Origin: Minisyncoccota bacterium
GTDB lineage: Bacteria; Patescibacteriota; Minisyncoccia; Phycocordibacterales; UBA12088
DNA: 64,000 nt
Direction of reading: 5' to 3'
Assembly: GCA_041920275.1 (NCBI GenBank)
Contig: JAYRSE010000007.1
Coordinates: forward strand, 20,517-84,516
Part shown: positions 10,419 to 19,186 of the stretch, in pieces
Numbering within the stretch: position 1 is the first letter of the stretch
Layout: every line of letters starts with the position of its first letter
Translations under genes and position numbers: made by a program
The notes under the pieces: model-generated
Told to the model about the DNA's origin: nothing
The model's input: only the letters and a program-made list of their open reading frames with translations
Database searches by the model: none

Positions 10419-11662
10419 ATGGGTGATGATTGGAGGTTGACTTCAATCATGCGAGAAGTGATAAGGTCGCGATAGACATAGGCGGAGGGGCGAATGGTGC
10501 GTACGAGCGTGTCGAAGTCGACCTCCACAAGCCCGAAGCGCTTGTCGAAGCCGTGTGCCCACTCGTAGTTGTCGAGAAGCGACCAGTACATGAAGCCGTG
10601 CACGTCGACACCATGTTCGATCGCCCGCTCGATACCCTGCACCGTTTTTCGTATGTAATCCGCACGAAAGCGGTCATGTGCATCCGCACAGCCGCACTCC
10701 TCCACGATGACCGGTTTTCCATACCGCTTCACCGCCATGAGCGCATCGTAGATCTTTTCGGGGCGCGCGTCCCACCCCATGTCGGTTTTTGGATGCACCT
10801 CATGGTCGTCGAAGTCGGTATAGAAGTAATAGTTCAAACCGAGCGTATCACACTCGCGCACCACCCGCTTCAAAAAGCGGTGGTTGTTGTTCCACATCAT
10901 GAAGCGCGCCTTGAGCTTGCCCCACCACCTGCGCCCGGTGAACACGTGCACCTGAAAGGTGATGCCGACGTCGACCGTTGGCGCCTCGGCCTTAATGGCA
11001 CGGTAGGCGCACACGTGTGCATGGGCGAGCGTGTTTGCGAGGGTGAAAAATTTGATGATGCCGAACCAATCGCGCACGGCGCCGCGCGAAAGTTCCGCAT
11101 CGCTCGGGATACGCGCGAGATCCGTAAGCGGAAACCGATGGAACGGTGGAAAGGTGCCACGCACCCAGCCGTTTATCACCGTACTGTACGGCTCGTTGAG
11201 CGTGGTGAAATACTGTGCGTGGGTACCGAGCTTGGACACCACGTGCCCACAGTACCGCGCGAACACCTCGGGAAAATCCTTTCGTTCGATGCCACCACGT
11301 TGCGAAAGCCAGAGCGGCAACGTCCAGTGCCAGAGCGTCACCACCGGCTCGAGGCCGCGCTCTCGAAGCGCACGGAGGACCTCGCGATAGTGCTCGATCG
11401 CGCTCTCGTTGAACACCCCTTCTTCCGGCTCGATACGTGCCCACTCGATAGAAAAGCGATGCGCGTTGTGCCCCAACGCTTGTGCGATATCGAAGTCTTC
11501 ACGAAAGCGCTCGAAGTGCCCGCACGCCCGCCCGCACACGGGCACCTTGCCTTCGCGTGCCGCCTGCGCCCAATCATTGTTTTCTATCCCACCCTCCACC
11601 TGGAAAGATGCCGTAGCTGCGCCCCAAAGGAATTTGTTTGAAACACCCACACCCTTGTTCAT
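10409..11662 (-). CDS. Glycoside hydrolase family 1 (beta-glucosidase-like)
   Basis: FLWGAATASFQVEG, RFSIEWARI, TLNEP, WSLLDNYEW and RFGLVEVD motifs. Confidence 0.95.
   Translation of the reverse strand: MNKGVGVSNKFLWGAATASFQVEGGIENNDWAQAAREGKVPVCGRACGHFERFREDFDIAQALGHNAHRFSIEWARIEPEEGVFNESAIEHYREVLRALRERGLEPVVTLWHWTLPLWLSQRGGIERKDFPEVFARYCGHVVSKLGTHAQYFTTLNEPYSTVINGWVRGTFPPFHRFPLTDLARIPSDAELSRGAVRDWFGIIKFFTLANTLAHAHVCAYRAIKAEAPTVDVGITFQVHVFTGRRWWGKLKARFMMWNNNHRFLKRVVRECDTLGLNYYFYTDFDDHEVHPKTDMGWDARPEKIYDALMAVKRYGKPVIVEECGCADAHDRFRADYIRKTVQGIERAIEHGVDVHGFMYWSLLDNYEWAHGFDKRFGLVEVDFDTLVRTIRPSAYVYRDLITSRMIEVNLQSSPIQS
10426..10450 (-). repeat. REP-like hairpin, copy 3
   Basis: ATGATTGGAGGTTGACTTCAATCAT, an exact copy. 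Confidence 0.9.
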
Positions 11663-11716
11663 ACTGATAATAGTATCACAAAGGTGGATCGTCTGATCAG
11701 TACTAGTCGAATACAA

Positions 11717-11743
11717 AAAAGAGAGACGTCCTGTCTCTCTTTT
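11717..11743 (-). terminator. Intrinsic terminator
   Basis: AAAAGAGAGAC-GTCCT-GTCTCTCTTTT, downstream of 11793..12125. Confidence 0.7.
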
Positions 11744-11792
11744 CACTGTTTTAAACACACATCATCCGTGACGTGTGACTGCCACTCGGATG

Positions 11793-12125
11793 CTACTCGT
11801 CACAACCCGAGAGACAACTACCAAAATCGATCTCGATTGCGCCGCCGAAGCCAGCGCCGGCTTTGCCGAGACCTTCGTCCCAGGCTTCGCCCTCGATGTG
11901 ACCCCCCGCTGTTCCATGCCCGTTGGGCAGGTCAACATGAAGGTCGCCGACCCCGTAGACGTTCACGGCGGCGTACCCCCCATTCAGCGACTCGGCCATC
12001 GCGACCGATTTGACGCTGAGTTTCGTGAATTGCTTTCCACCACACTCGCCCTCACAGGCGAACGCAGTCCCTGCGAAAAACGCGAAGGCGATGGCGAACA
12101 GCATGATGCTGATAATTTTTTTCAT
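11793..12125 (-). CDS. Secreted Gly-rich protein with terminal Cys motifs
   Basis: Sec signal MKKIISIMLFAIAFAFFAGTAFA; mature chain starts CEGEC and ends CLSGCDE; GGAG RBS, promoter and terminator present. Confidence 0.85.
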   Translation of the reverse strand: MKKIISIMLFAIAFAFFAGTAFACEGECGGKQFTKLSVKSVAMAESLNGGYAAVNVYGVGDLHVDLPNGHGTAGGHIEGEAWDEGLGKAGAGFGGAIEIDFGSCLSGCDE

Positions 12126-12190
12126 CTCTATCTCCGTCTTTTTTGGAAGTACAAAAGGATTGTCGACACGACAAGCCCTTCACCACATGC

Positions 12191-12270
12191 GATACTAGCA
12201 TAGTATCAGTTGTGTGTCAAGCATGTGTAGCATGGCGCTATTTGCTTTTTTTTTGGAAATGTGCTATACT
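12191..12270. promoter_or_regulatory. Divergent sigma70 promoters with a palindrome
   Basis: Minus strand TTGACA-17-TAGTAT (12220-12192), overlapped by GATACTA-GCA-TAGTATC (12191-12207). Plus strand TTGCTT-17-TATACT (12242-12270). Confidence 0.7.
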
Positions 12271-12310
12271 ATTTAGCAGATTCATTACAAACCACGGAGG
12301 CGACACTACT

Positions 12311-12871
12311 ATGTATGTCCTACTCATCCTCGCGCTACTCACGGGAGGAGCAACAAACGCAGTTGGGGGAGAGCTGAAGCCCTTTCTCGAACACGCTCAC
12401 GGACGAGCACCTCACGAAGCGTGGCAAACGTTGCAGCATACACCATATGCGCAAGCGTTTACCGAAGGCCTCGCCCACCATCAAGGATGGACGAGAGCCC
12501 ACGCAAGTGAAGTGCTCGCAGCAAGAAGCTATTCTACGTGCTCGTATCAGGGATGGTTCTGGAGCGACGGGCTTCGTTTTGCGGACGGCACATGGAGTGT
12601 CGGCACCATCTACCGGCAAGCATACCCGGACGAGCGCTTCGCATGTATCAACGGCAACCCAATCTTCAGCGGCACATGCGGAAACGCTGTGCGCGCCAAG
12701 GGTGGTGACCCCCGCATGGTCTGCCGTGACACAGGTAAAGAACAAGGCTCTATTACCGTAGGCGGTGCAGGTGCGGGAGTGGGGTCTACTTTTGTCGGCG
12801 GTACCGCAACGACAACCACCTTTGACAGCAATTTGTTTGAATGCCAATTCACCACCGGGGGAAAGAAATGA
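12311..12871 (+). CDS. Secreted hypothetical protein (Cys-containing, Gly/Thr-rich C-terminus)
   Basis: GGAGG RBS; hydrophobic signal MYVLLILALLTGGATNA. Confidence 0.8.
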   Translation: MYVLLILALLTGGATNAVGGELKPFLEHAHGRAPHEAWQTLQHTPYAQAFTEGLAHHQGWTRAHASEVLAARSYSTCSYQGWFWSDGLRFADGTWSVGTIYRQAYPDERFACINGNPIFSGTCGNAVRAKGGDPRMVCRDTGKEQGSITVGGAGAGVGSTFVGGTATTTTFDSNLFECQFTTGGKK

Positions 12872-13290
12872 AAATCGTACTAATCAGTAGCACAATCGCA
12901 CTTCTCGCACTTGTGGGTTGTGCGAACAAACCGACATCGGAATGCGTTGAAGTCGGCCCTCAAGGAAGTACTCGCCTAACACACTGCTACGTCGACAACG
13001 GCATCCGTGGACACGGCGGACCTGTTGTCATCGATCGCTATGCGTTCGTAAAGGACGGGGCTTCCACACAGGTGAAGCATATCGGTGGTGCTGCGAACGT
13101 CGGCACCGCACAAGGCGTGCTTCAAAATCTGGCGAGCTCTGTGCCTGTTGCGACAGCGAGCGTCATCGGGGATCACATGAAGGCGCAGGCCATGTCCGAG
13201 TCTTCCGGTGGAAATCCCGTTTTTGTCAACGTCGGCACCCGTGTCGACGTCGACCAAAATGGAGGATGCAAAGGAGACTGCGACCTCTAG
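12868..13290 (+). CDS. Putative lipoprotein
   Basis: ATGA overlap with the upstream gene; lipobox LVGC; ends GGCKGDCDL. Confidence 0.82.
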   Translation: MKIVLISSTIALLALVGCANKPTSECVEVGPQGSTRLTHCYVDNGIRGHGGPVVIDRYAFVKDGASTQVKHIGGAANVGTAQGVLQNLASSVPVATASVIGDHMKAQAMSESSGGNPVFVNVGTRVDVDQNGGCKGDCDL

Positions 13291-13310
13291 CTCTAGTCAT
13301 GCGTAACACG

Positions 13311-13346
13311 CCGCCGTACACCAAACAAGGTGCACGGCGGTTTTTT
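13311..13346 (+). terminator. Intrinsic terminator
   Basis: CCGCCGTACACC-AAACAA-GGTGCACGGCGG-TTTTTT. Confidence 0.75.
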
Positions 13347-13348
13347 AT

Positions 13349-14422
13349 TTATCGTGCAAGCGCACGAGTCAGCACATGGTCTACAAATTGGGGCAACGTA
13401 GCGCCAACGGATTCGACCGCCTTTGGCAAGAGTGACGTGTTGGTAAGCCCCGGAAGTGTGTTCACCTCGAGAAAGTATATGCCGTCGCGTCCCAGTATGA
13501 AATCGCTTCGCGAGTAGTCGCGCAAACCGAGTGCCCGGTGCACGTAGCGCGCAAGCGCGATGAGCGCACGAGTGGTTTCCGGCCGCACGGGCGCCGGGCA
13601 GAGCTCACGCGCATGGCCGGCGTACTTTTCCTCATAGTCGAACCAGGTATTCTTGGTGGGTACCACCTCGACCGGCGGAAACACGTAGTGCTCCTCCCCG
13701 CGAAAATCGTCGAGGACCGCGACCGTCACTTCTCTGCCCCTCACATACTGTTCCACCAATATCTGCTCCGCATGTTCGAACGCAAAGAGCACCGCATACA
13801 AGAACTCGTCGCGCGAACGCACCACGCTCATCCCGAGCGACGAGCCGCCGTTCATGGGCTTCACCACAAGCGGTGGAGAAAGCCGCTCGAAGACACGACT
13901 AAGCTCGTCCTCATCGGCGGGCGCACTGAGCACGACGTCGGCGGGAAAGAGCATTTGTACCCGCCCCTCACTCTGCACCGCCCCCATGTCGACTCCCCGA
14001 CGAAGCGAGGGGTCGTACACGTACACCGGTCGGTACCCCGCTCCCGTGTGCGACAGGTCTCCATCATACGACCTGCGAAAAAGCTCTCGTTTGGTAAGCT
14101 CCTTGTGGGTGGCCACACCCGAAGCGAGCGCGGACGAGCCGGTATACCGCACCCGATGCATGTCCATGTACCGTTGAAGCGCTCCGTCTTCACCATACTT
14201 ACCGTGGAGTGCGTTGAACACCACGTCCACCTGCCCCAATGCGCGAGCGGGCTCGATCGGCTTGCCGCGTATGTGCCACACGCCTTGCCGGTCGATAAAG
14301 AGATCAACCGGCTCATAGCGCTCCCGTGGGACCTGCTGCAGGACATTTCTTCCGGTCTTCAGAGAGACCTCGTACTCGGGCGAAGGGCCGCCGCGCATCA
14401 CTCCCACACGTGGCTTGAACAT
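13349..14422 (-). CDS. ddl: D-alanine--D-alanine ligase
   Basis: GGPSPEYEVS, LHGKYGEDG, VKPMNGGSSLG, FDYEEKY and LEVNTLPG motifs. Confidence 0.93.
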   Translation of the reverse strand: MFKPRVGVMRGGPSPEYEVSLKTGRNVLQQVPRERYEPVDLFIDRQGVWHIRGKPIEPARALGQVDVVFNALHGKYGEDGALQRYMDMHRVRYTGSSALASGVATHKELTKRELFRRSYDGDLSHTGAGYRPVYVYDPSLRRGVDMGAVQSEGRVQMLFPADVVLSAPADEDELSRVFERLSPPLVVKPMNGGSSLGMSVVRSRDEFLYAVLFAFEHAEQILVEQYVRGREVTVAVLDDFRGEEHYVFPPVEVVPTKNTWFDYEEKYAGHARELCPAPVRPETTRALIALARYVHRALGLRDYSRSDFILGRDGIYFLEVNTLPGLTNTSLLPKAVESVGATLPQFVDHVLTRALAR

Positions 14423-14518
14423 GACTACAGTATACCAGCTGTCACCGCCTCGATACCACTCCCCACAATGCACCGCGGTCGACATAGTGCGAGCGTTGCC
14501 AAAGGAGGTGCACCCCGC

Positions 14519-15799
14519 TCACGCCTCTCGCGCGCGTTTCCCCACGAGCGCACGTCGCCTCACTGCGCGGTGTTTGGCGATCGAAAAGCGGTGCGCTTCG
14601 GCGTTCGCAAGGAGCGCCTCGCGCGCATGGGTGGTGCGCCACGTGAGCGCGCCGATAAGCTCCTTGGGTCGGTGATGCTCGTCCTTGGTGACCGCGACCA
14701 CGGGTAATTCGATACCAATCTCGCGCATGACCGCGCGTGCGACATTGAGCTGTGCCTTACCACCATCGACCACGAGCACGCGCGGATACTCCCACTCCGG
14801 ATGGCCGAAACGCCGCATCAGCACCTCGCGCAACGCCGCAGTGTCGTTGCTCTGCGTCACGCTGCGGATTGTGAACGAGCGGTACTCGCTCGTGCGCGGC
14901 TCCCCGCCCACGACGACCGTCATGACCCCGACCATATCCCCGCCCTGCAAATGCGCCACGTCGTACGCTTCCACACGTACCTCGTCGCACTCGCGCTCCG
15001 CATCGTCCGCACCCCGACGAAGAAGCGATACGTCGTTTATGTGTCGCAATGCTTCGATCTGTCGTTTGATGCGCTGTGCCTCCTCGAACGCTTCTTTGCG
15101 CGCGCACGCATGCATATCGCGCTCCAGACTTCGCAGCAGATGTTGCTTCTTTCCTTCGAACAAAAGCCGCAGGTGCTTTACCGTGCGCGCATACTCATTT
15201 TCGGTCGTACCTTCGGGCGGATACACGCCGATCGACTCGTTGAAACGGAGCTTTCGATCCGCTCGCGCACGAAGAGAAAGCACGGGAAGCGTGGTATCGT
15301 AAAATGGAAATATTTTTCGAATGAGCTTGAGCGCTTCTTTGAGTTGTGCGGCGTGAACGAACGGGCCGAAGTATGGCGGTTCCGCATCCACATTCGACGT
15401 CGATGCATGCTCGCGCAGTTTCGCTTCGAGCTCCTTCCCTCGCACCACGAGCACTCGTGGAAACGGTTCGTGAACGGTCAACACCACATAGTTCCAACTC
15501 TTGTCGTCCTTGTCGCGCGTATTGTAGCGGGGCTTGAGCTCCTTGATACACTTCGCCTCCAGAATGAGCGCCTCGAGCACGCTATCGGTCGCACGGAAGT
15601 CCACCCGCTTCGCCTCCTCCACCATGTGCACCATGTGAAGACCGCGTGTCGTCGCAAGGTCTGCCGCAAAGTAACTGCGCACCCGATCGGTAAGCGACGT
15701 CGCCTTGCCTACATAGAGCACCTCGCGGCGAGCACCGATGAAAAAATACACGCCCGGAGTATCGGGCAAGGCGGAAACACTGGGGTGAGCGCGCAACAT
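14519..15799 (-). CDS. uvrC: UvrC-family excinuclease (short form)
   Basis: GIY-YIG domain (PGVYFF...YVGKA), UVR domain (FEEAQRIK), RNase H-like domain (EAYDVAH, VVDGGKAQL). Start chosen from TGgTATCAT 8 nt upstream. Confidence 0.88.
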   Translation of the reverse strand: MLRAHPSVSALPDTPGVYFFIGARREVLYVGKATSLTDRVRSYFAADLATTRGLHMVHMVEEAKRVDFRATDSVLEALILEAKCIKELKPRYNTRDKDDKSWNYVVLTVHEPFPRVLVVRGKELEAKLREHASTSNVDAEPPYFGPFVHAAQLKEALKLIRKIFPFYDTTLPVLSLRARADRKLRFNESIGVYPPEGTTENEYARTVKHLRLLFEGKKQHLLRSLERDMHACARKEAFEEAQRIKRQIEALRHINDVSLLRRGADDAERECDEVRVEAYDVAHLQGGDMVGVMTVVVGGEPRTSEYRSFTIRSVTQSNDTAALREVLMRRFGHPEWEYPRVLVVDGGKAQLNVARAVMREIGIELPVVAVTKDEHHRPKELIGALTWRTTHAREALLANAEAHRFSIAKHRAVRRRALVGKRAREA

Positions 15800-15844
15800 A
15801 CGCACTGATGATACCAACATATCCACCATGCGCAAATGGATCGC

Positions 15845-15876
15845 AGAAAAACGATCGTCGCCCGTACGGGCGACGA
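15845..15876 (-). terminator. Intrinsic terminator
   Basis: TCGTCGCCCG-TA-CGGGCGACGA followed by a T-run on the minus strand. Confidence 0.65.
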
Positions 15877-15889
15877 AGGCGCTTCTCCA

Positions 15890-16150
15890 TTACATTCTCC
15901 GAGTCATGCGACGCTTCGCGGCATCGATACGGAGGCCACGCTCTTTTGCGGCAATGAGGAACGCCTTATACATGCGACGGTACAGGAGACCGCGAACATT
16001 CTCTCGCTCGAAGAGCGAACGTATGAACGCGACATCCTCGGGGGTGTTGATCCATCTGAATTTCTTGTACGCGAACAGGTCCGCAAGCGGTCTCGGCCCG
16101 TACGCGAGCAAGGCGCTCAGGTGATGCATGGTGCGGTTCGAAATGCTCAT
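15890..16150 (-). CDS. Hypothetical basic protein (86 aa)
   Basis: ATG preceded by AGGAG; fills the uvrA-uvrC gap; followed by a terminator. Confidence 0.6.
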   Translation of the reverse strand: MSISNRTMHHLSALLAYGPRPLADLFAYKKFRWINTPEDVAFIRSLFERENVRGLLYRRMYKAFLIAAKERGLRIDAAKRRMTRRM

Positions 16151-16243
16151 CGAACGCTCCTTCGGCATAGCGCCGACGCGGCAAAGAAAGGGCGATGTTC
16201 TAGACTGCAAGTATACACCACACGCCACGTCGATCCAAGCGCA

Positions 16244-18832
16244 CTATCCCAAGACCTTTTTCAGATACGCACCCGTGTACGAGCCCTTGCTTCGCGCCAC
16301 CTGCTCCGGGGTGCCCTTCGCCACGATCCTGCCTCCACCCGTACCGCCGTCGGGGCCGATATCGATGAGCCAGTCGCACGACTTGATCACCTCCATATTG
16401 TGCTCGATCAAGAGCACCGTATTACCGCGCTTCACGAGCTCTTGCAGGATATCGATCAACCGGCGTACATCGTCGTAGTGAAGACCGATCGTCGGCTCGT
16501 CGAGAAGGTATATGGTCTTTTGGGTGTACGGTCGGTAGAGCTCGCTCGAGATCTTCACCCGTTGCGCCTCACCTCCGGAAAGCGTGTTCGCACTTTGACC
16601 AAGCTCCAGGTACCCGAGCCCCACATCGGAAAGCGTTTTCAGTCTATCGTAGATCTGCGGAATGTCGACGAAAAAATCAAGCGCTTCATCGACCGACAGG
16701 TGTAGCACATCGTACACATTCTTCTTCTTGTACCGCACCTCGAGCGTGTCCTTGGTGAAGCGCTTGCCGTCGCACACATCACAGGTCACGTAGACGGTCG
16801 GCAGAAAGTGCATCTCGACCGCGATGGTGCCGTTGCCCTGGCACGCCTCGCACCGACCGCTCCCTCTGTTCTGGGCCACATTGAAAGAAAAGCGAGATGC
16901 TTTCCACCCCCGTGCGCGTGACTCCTCCAAAGCGGCGAAGAGCTCGCGAATGTACGACCATGCGCCGGTGTAGGTGGCGGGGTTGCTGCGCGGAGTACGG
17001 CCGATCGGCGACTGATCGATAAGAACGACCCGCGAAAGATACTCCGTCCCGGTCATACCACCGATATTGAAAAGTTCGTTCGAACGATGCTCCTTCTCCA
17101 ACCGTGCACGGAGGTTCTTATACAAGAGCTCGTACATGAACGTCGATTTTCCCGAACCGGAAACACCGGTCACACACACGAGGCGTCCGAGTGGCACGTC
17201 CGCATTGAGGTCACGGATATTGAACGCACTGCCGCCACGAATACGCACCCAGCCGCGGTCCTCATCTCGCCGCTTTTCCGGAACGGGTATCTCTTCCTCT
17301 TTGCGCAGGTACGCGAGCGTTCGCGAACCGCTCTCGTTCTTCTTTGCTGTGAGGAGCTCTTCGAGCCAGCCGGACACCACGACCTTACCACCATGCACTC
17401 CCGCGCCGGGCCCGATGTCCACGATATAGTCGGAAGCGAAAATCGTGTCCTCGTCGTGCTCGACCACGATAATGGTGTTGCCGAGGTCGCGAAGCGCGGT
17501 CAGGGTCTTGATGAGCCGATCGTTGTCGCGCTGGTGCAGGCCTATCGTCGGTTCGTCGAGCACATAAAGCGCCCCCACCAGTCCGCTCCCGAGCTGACTT
17601 GCAAGACGGATGCGCTGCGCTTCCCCACCCGAGAGCGTGTTCGCGCGACGATCGAGCGTCAGGTACTCGATGCCGACGTTTTGCATGAACGTGAGCCGCG
17701 CTTCGATCTCTTTAAGGACCACGCTCGCTATCTCGCGCTCCTTTTCGGAAAGCGAGAGGTCACGCATGAAGGTGTGCGCGTCATCGATCGAGAGCGCAGT
17801 GAGCTCCACGATGTTCTTGCCGGCACCCGCACCGCCACCCACAAGTACGTGGAGGGCCTCCGGACGCAATCGTGCGCCACTACATACGGCACATGTCTCC
17901 TCATGAAAAAAACCGGTGGTGCCGAGTCCGTTGCATGCTTCGCACGCACCATACGGAGAGTTGAAAGAAAAGAGGCGCGGTTCCACCTCCGGAAACGCAA
18001 CACCGCACGCCGCGCACACGAACTTCGAAGAAAGCGTCTGTGCGGTACCGTCGGGAGACTCGATCTCTATGAGACCGTCGGACTCGCGGAGTGCAAGCTC
18101 GATCGCTTCCGCAAGTCGCTCACGTGCATCCCGTTCTCCCGACCGCAGTGCGCTTGCGTGAATCTCATCCACGAGCGCGCTGATCGTGTGCCGCACATGC
18201 TTGGCAAGCACGATCTTCTCCCGAAGCGGGTACTCGACGCCATCGATCCGCACCCGCTCGTATCCCTTACCCAGCAGATCGTAGAGCAACTGGTAATACT
18301 CACCCTTACGTCCCACCACAATGGGCGACCAAAGTCGCACCTTGCCACTGTCGTAGGTTACTCCGAGCACCTCCTTGGTATGTTTCTGAGCACCGCCCTC
18401 GACCGCATCGAACACCACACGCTGCATCTCCTCGCGCGAGAGCTTACGTACCGGCTTGCCACACCCGACACAATATGCGACTCCGATGCGGGCATACAGT
18501 ATGCGGAGATAATCATAGATCTCCGTGATCGTAGCGACCGTCGAGCGCGGGTTGTTCGAGCGCGACTTCTGATCGATGGATATGGCAGGCGAAAGGCCGC
18601 GTATCTCATCGACGTCGGGCTTCTGCATTTGATTCAGGAATTGGCGCGCGTACGCAGAAAGCGACTCGACGTAGCGCCGCTGTCCTTCGGCGAAGATCGT
18701 GTCGAACGCGAGTGACGACTTGCCGGATCCGGAAAGACCGGTGAACACGATCATTTTATTTCGCGGCATCTCGACCGTGACATTCCGCAGATTGTGGGTG
18801 CGCGCACCTTTGACGATGATAATATCTTGCAT
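16244..18832 (-). CDS. uvrA: Excinuclease ABC subunit A
   Basis: [14 protein letters not shown], two LSGGEAQR signatures, Zn fingers. Confidence 0.97.
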   Translation of the reverse strand: MQDIIIVKGARTHNLRNVTVEMPRNKMIVFTGLSGSGKSSLAFDTIFAEGQRRYVESLSAYARQFLNQMQKPDVDEIRGLSPAISIDQKSRSNNPRSTVATITEIYDYLRILYARIGVAYCVGCGKPVRKLSREEMQRVVFDAVEGGAQKHTKEVLGVTYDSGKVRLWSPIVVGRKGEYYQLLYDLLGKGYERVRIDGVEYPLREKIVLAKHVRHTISALVDEIHASALRSGERDARERLAEAIELALRESDGLIEIESPDGTAQTLSSKFVCAACGVAFPEVEPRLFSFNSPYGACEACNGLGTTGFFHEETCAVCSGARLRPEALHVLVGGGAGAGKNIVELTALSIDDAHTFMRDLSLSEKEREIASVVLKEIEARLTFMQNVGIEYLTLDRRANTLSGGEAQRIRLASQLGSGLVGALYVLDEPTIGLHQRDNDRLIKTLTALRDLGNTIIVVEHDEDTIFASDYIVDIGPGAGVHGGKVVVSGWLEELLTAKKNESGSRTLAYLRKEEEIPVPEKRRDEDRGWVRIRGGSAFNIRDLNADVPLGRLVCVTGVSGSGKSTFMYELLYKNLRARLEKEHRSNELFNIGGMTGTEYLSRVVLIDQSPIGRTPRSNPATYTGAWSYIRELFAALEESRARGWKASRFSFNVAQNRGSGRCEACQGNGTIAVEMHFLPTVYVTCDVCDGKRFTKDTLEVRYKKKNVYDVLHLSVDEALDFFVDIPQIYDRLKTLSDVGLGYLELGQSANTLSGGEAQRVKISSELYRPYTQKTIYLLDEPTIGLHYDDVRRLIDILQELVKRGNTVLLIEHNMEVIKSCDWLIDIGPDGGTGGGRIVAKGTPEQVARSKGSYTGAYLKKVLG

Positions 18833-18885
18833 GAGGTAATGTGCGGAACAGTAACGAGTGTCCGCAGCACGAGTGTACCACTCTC

Positions 18886-18894
18886 TTATCCACA
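18886..18894. promoter_or_regulatory. Consensus DnaA box upstream of uvrA
   Basis: TTATCCACA in the intergenic region. Confidence 0.45.
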
Positions 18895-18991
18895 CTCCAA
18901 CCGTGTTACAACTCGGGTCTGTGCGGTACGCTTATCATGCAAGTCGTTCGTTTTAGAAACGACACGCTTTTCAAACATCCATATGATACAC

Positions 18992-19186
18992 ATGCGACAA
19001 CCATTCTACTCGATCGCTTCCGCTGCGACGTACCTGTTGTGCGCCATCGGTCTCGGCTTGCTTGCCGCCACACCCGATGCGGTTTTACTGTTCGGCACGA
19101 CCGCCCCATCCTCCGCTCTATGGGCTCTGTGCGGACTCATGTTCCTTATGGCGTACTTTTCGCTCGTACACCTGAAGTTCAAGTAG
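18992..19186 (+). CDS. Small 2-TM membrane protein
   Basis: MRQPFYSIASAATYLLCAIGLGLL...; two hydrophobic segments. Confidence 0.55.
   Translation: MRQPFYSIASAATYLLCAIGLGLLAATPDAVLLFGTTAPSSALWALCGLMFLMAYFSLVHLKFK

Larger units (their letters stand above)
9543..10450. mobile_element. RAYT/HUH transposase cassette bounded by oppositely oriented 25-nt hairpin repeats
   Basis: ATGATTGAAGTCAACCTCCAATCAT at 9543-9567 and its exact reverse complement at 10426-10450. The interior is visibly more AT-rich than the flanks. Confidence 0.8.

Noticed and set aside
10514-10527. GAAGTCGACCTCCA, a 13/14 match to the core of the transposase hairpin
   Set aside because: It encodes the conserved GH1 motif LVEVDF and lacks the ATGATT/ATCAT arms, so it is probably coincidental.
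17087-18715. Long antisense ORFs (also 31101-32816, 48480-50141, 10430-11641, 13538-14707)
   Set aside because: These are shadow frames of well-supported genes, caused by GC-rich codon bias, with no recognisable motifs.
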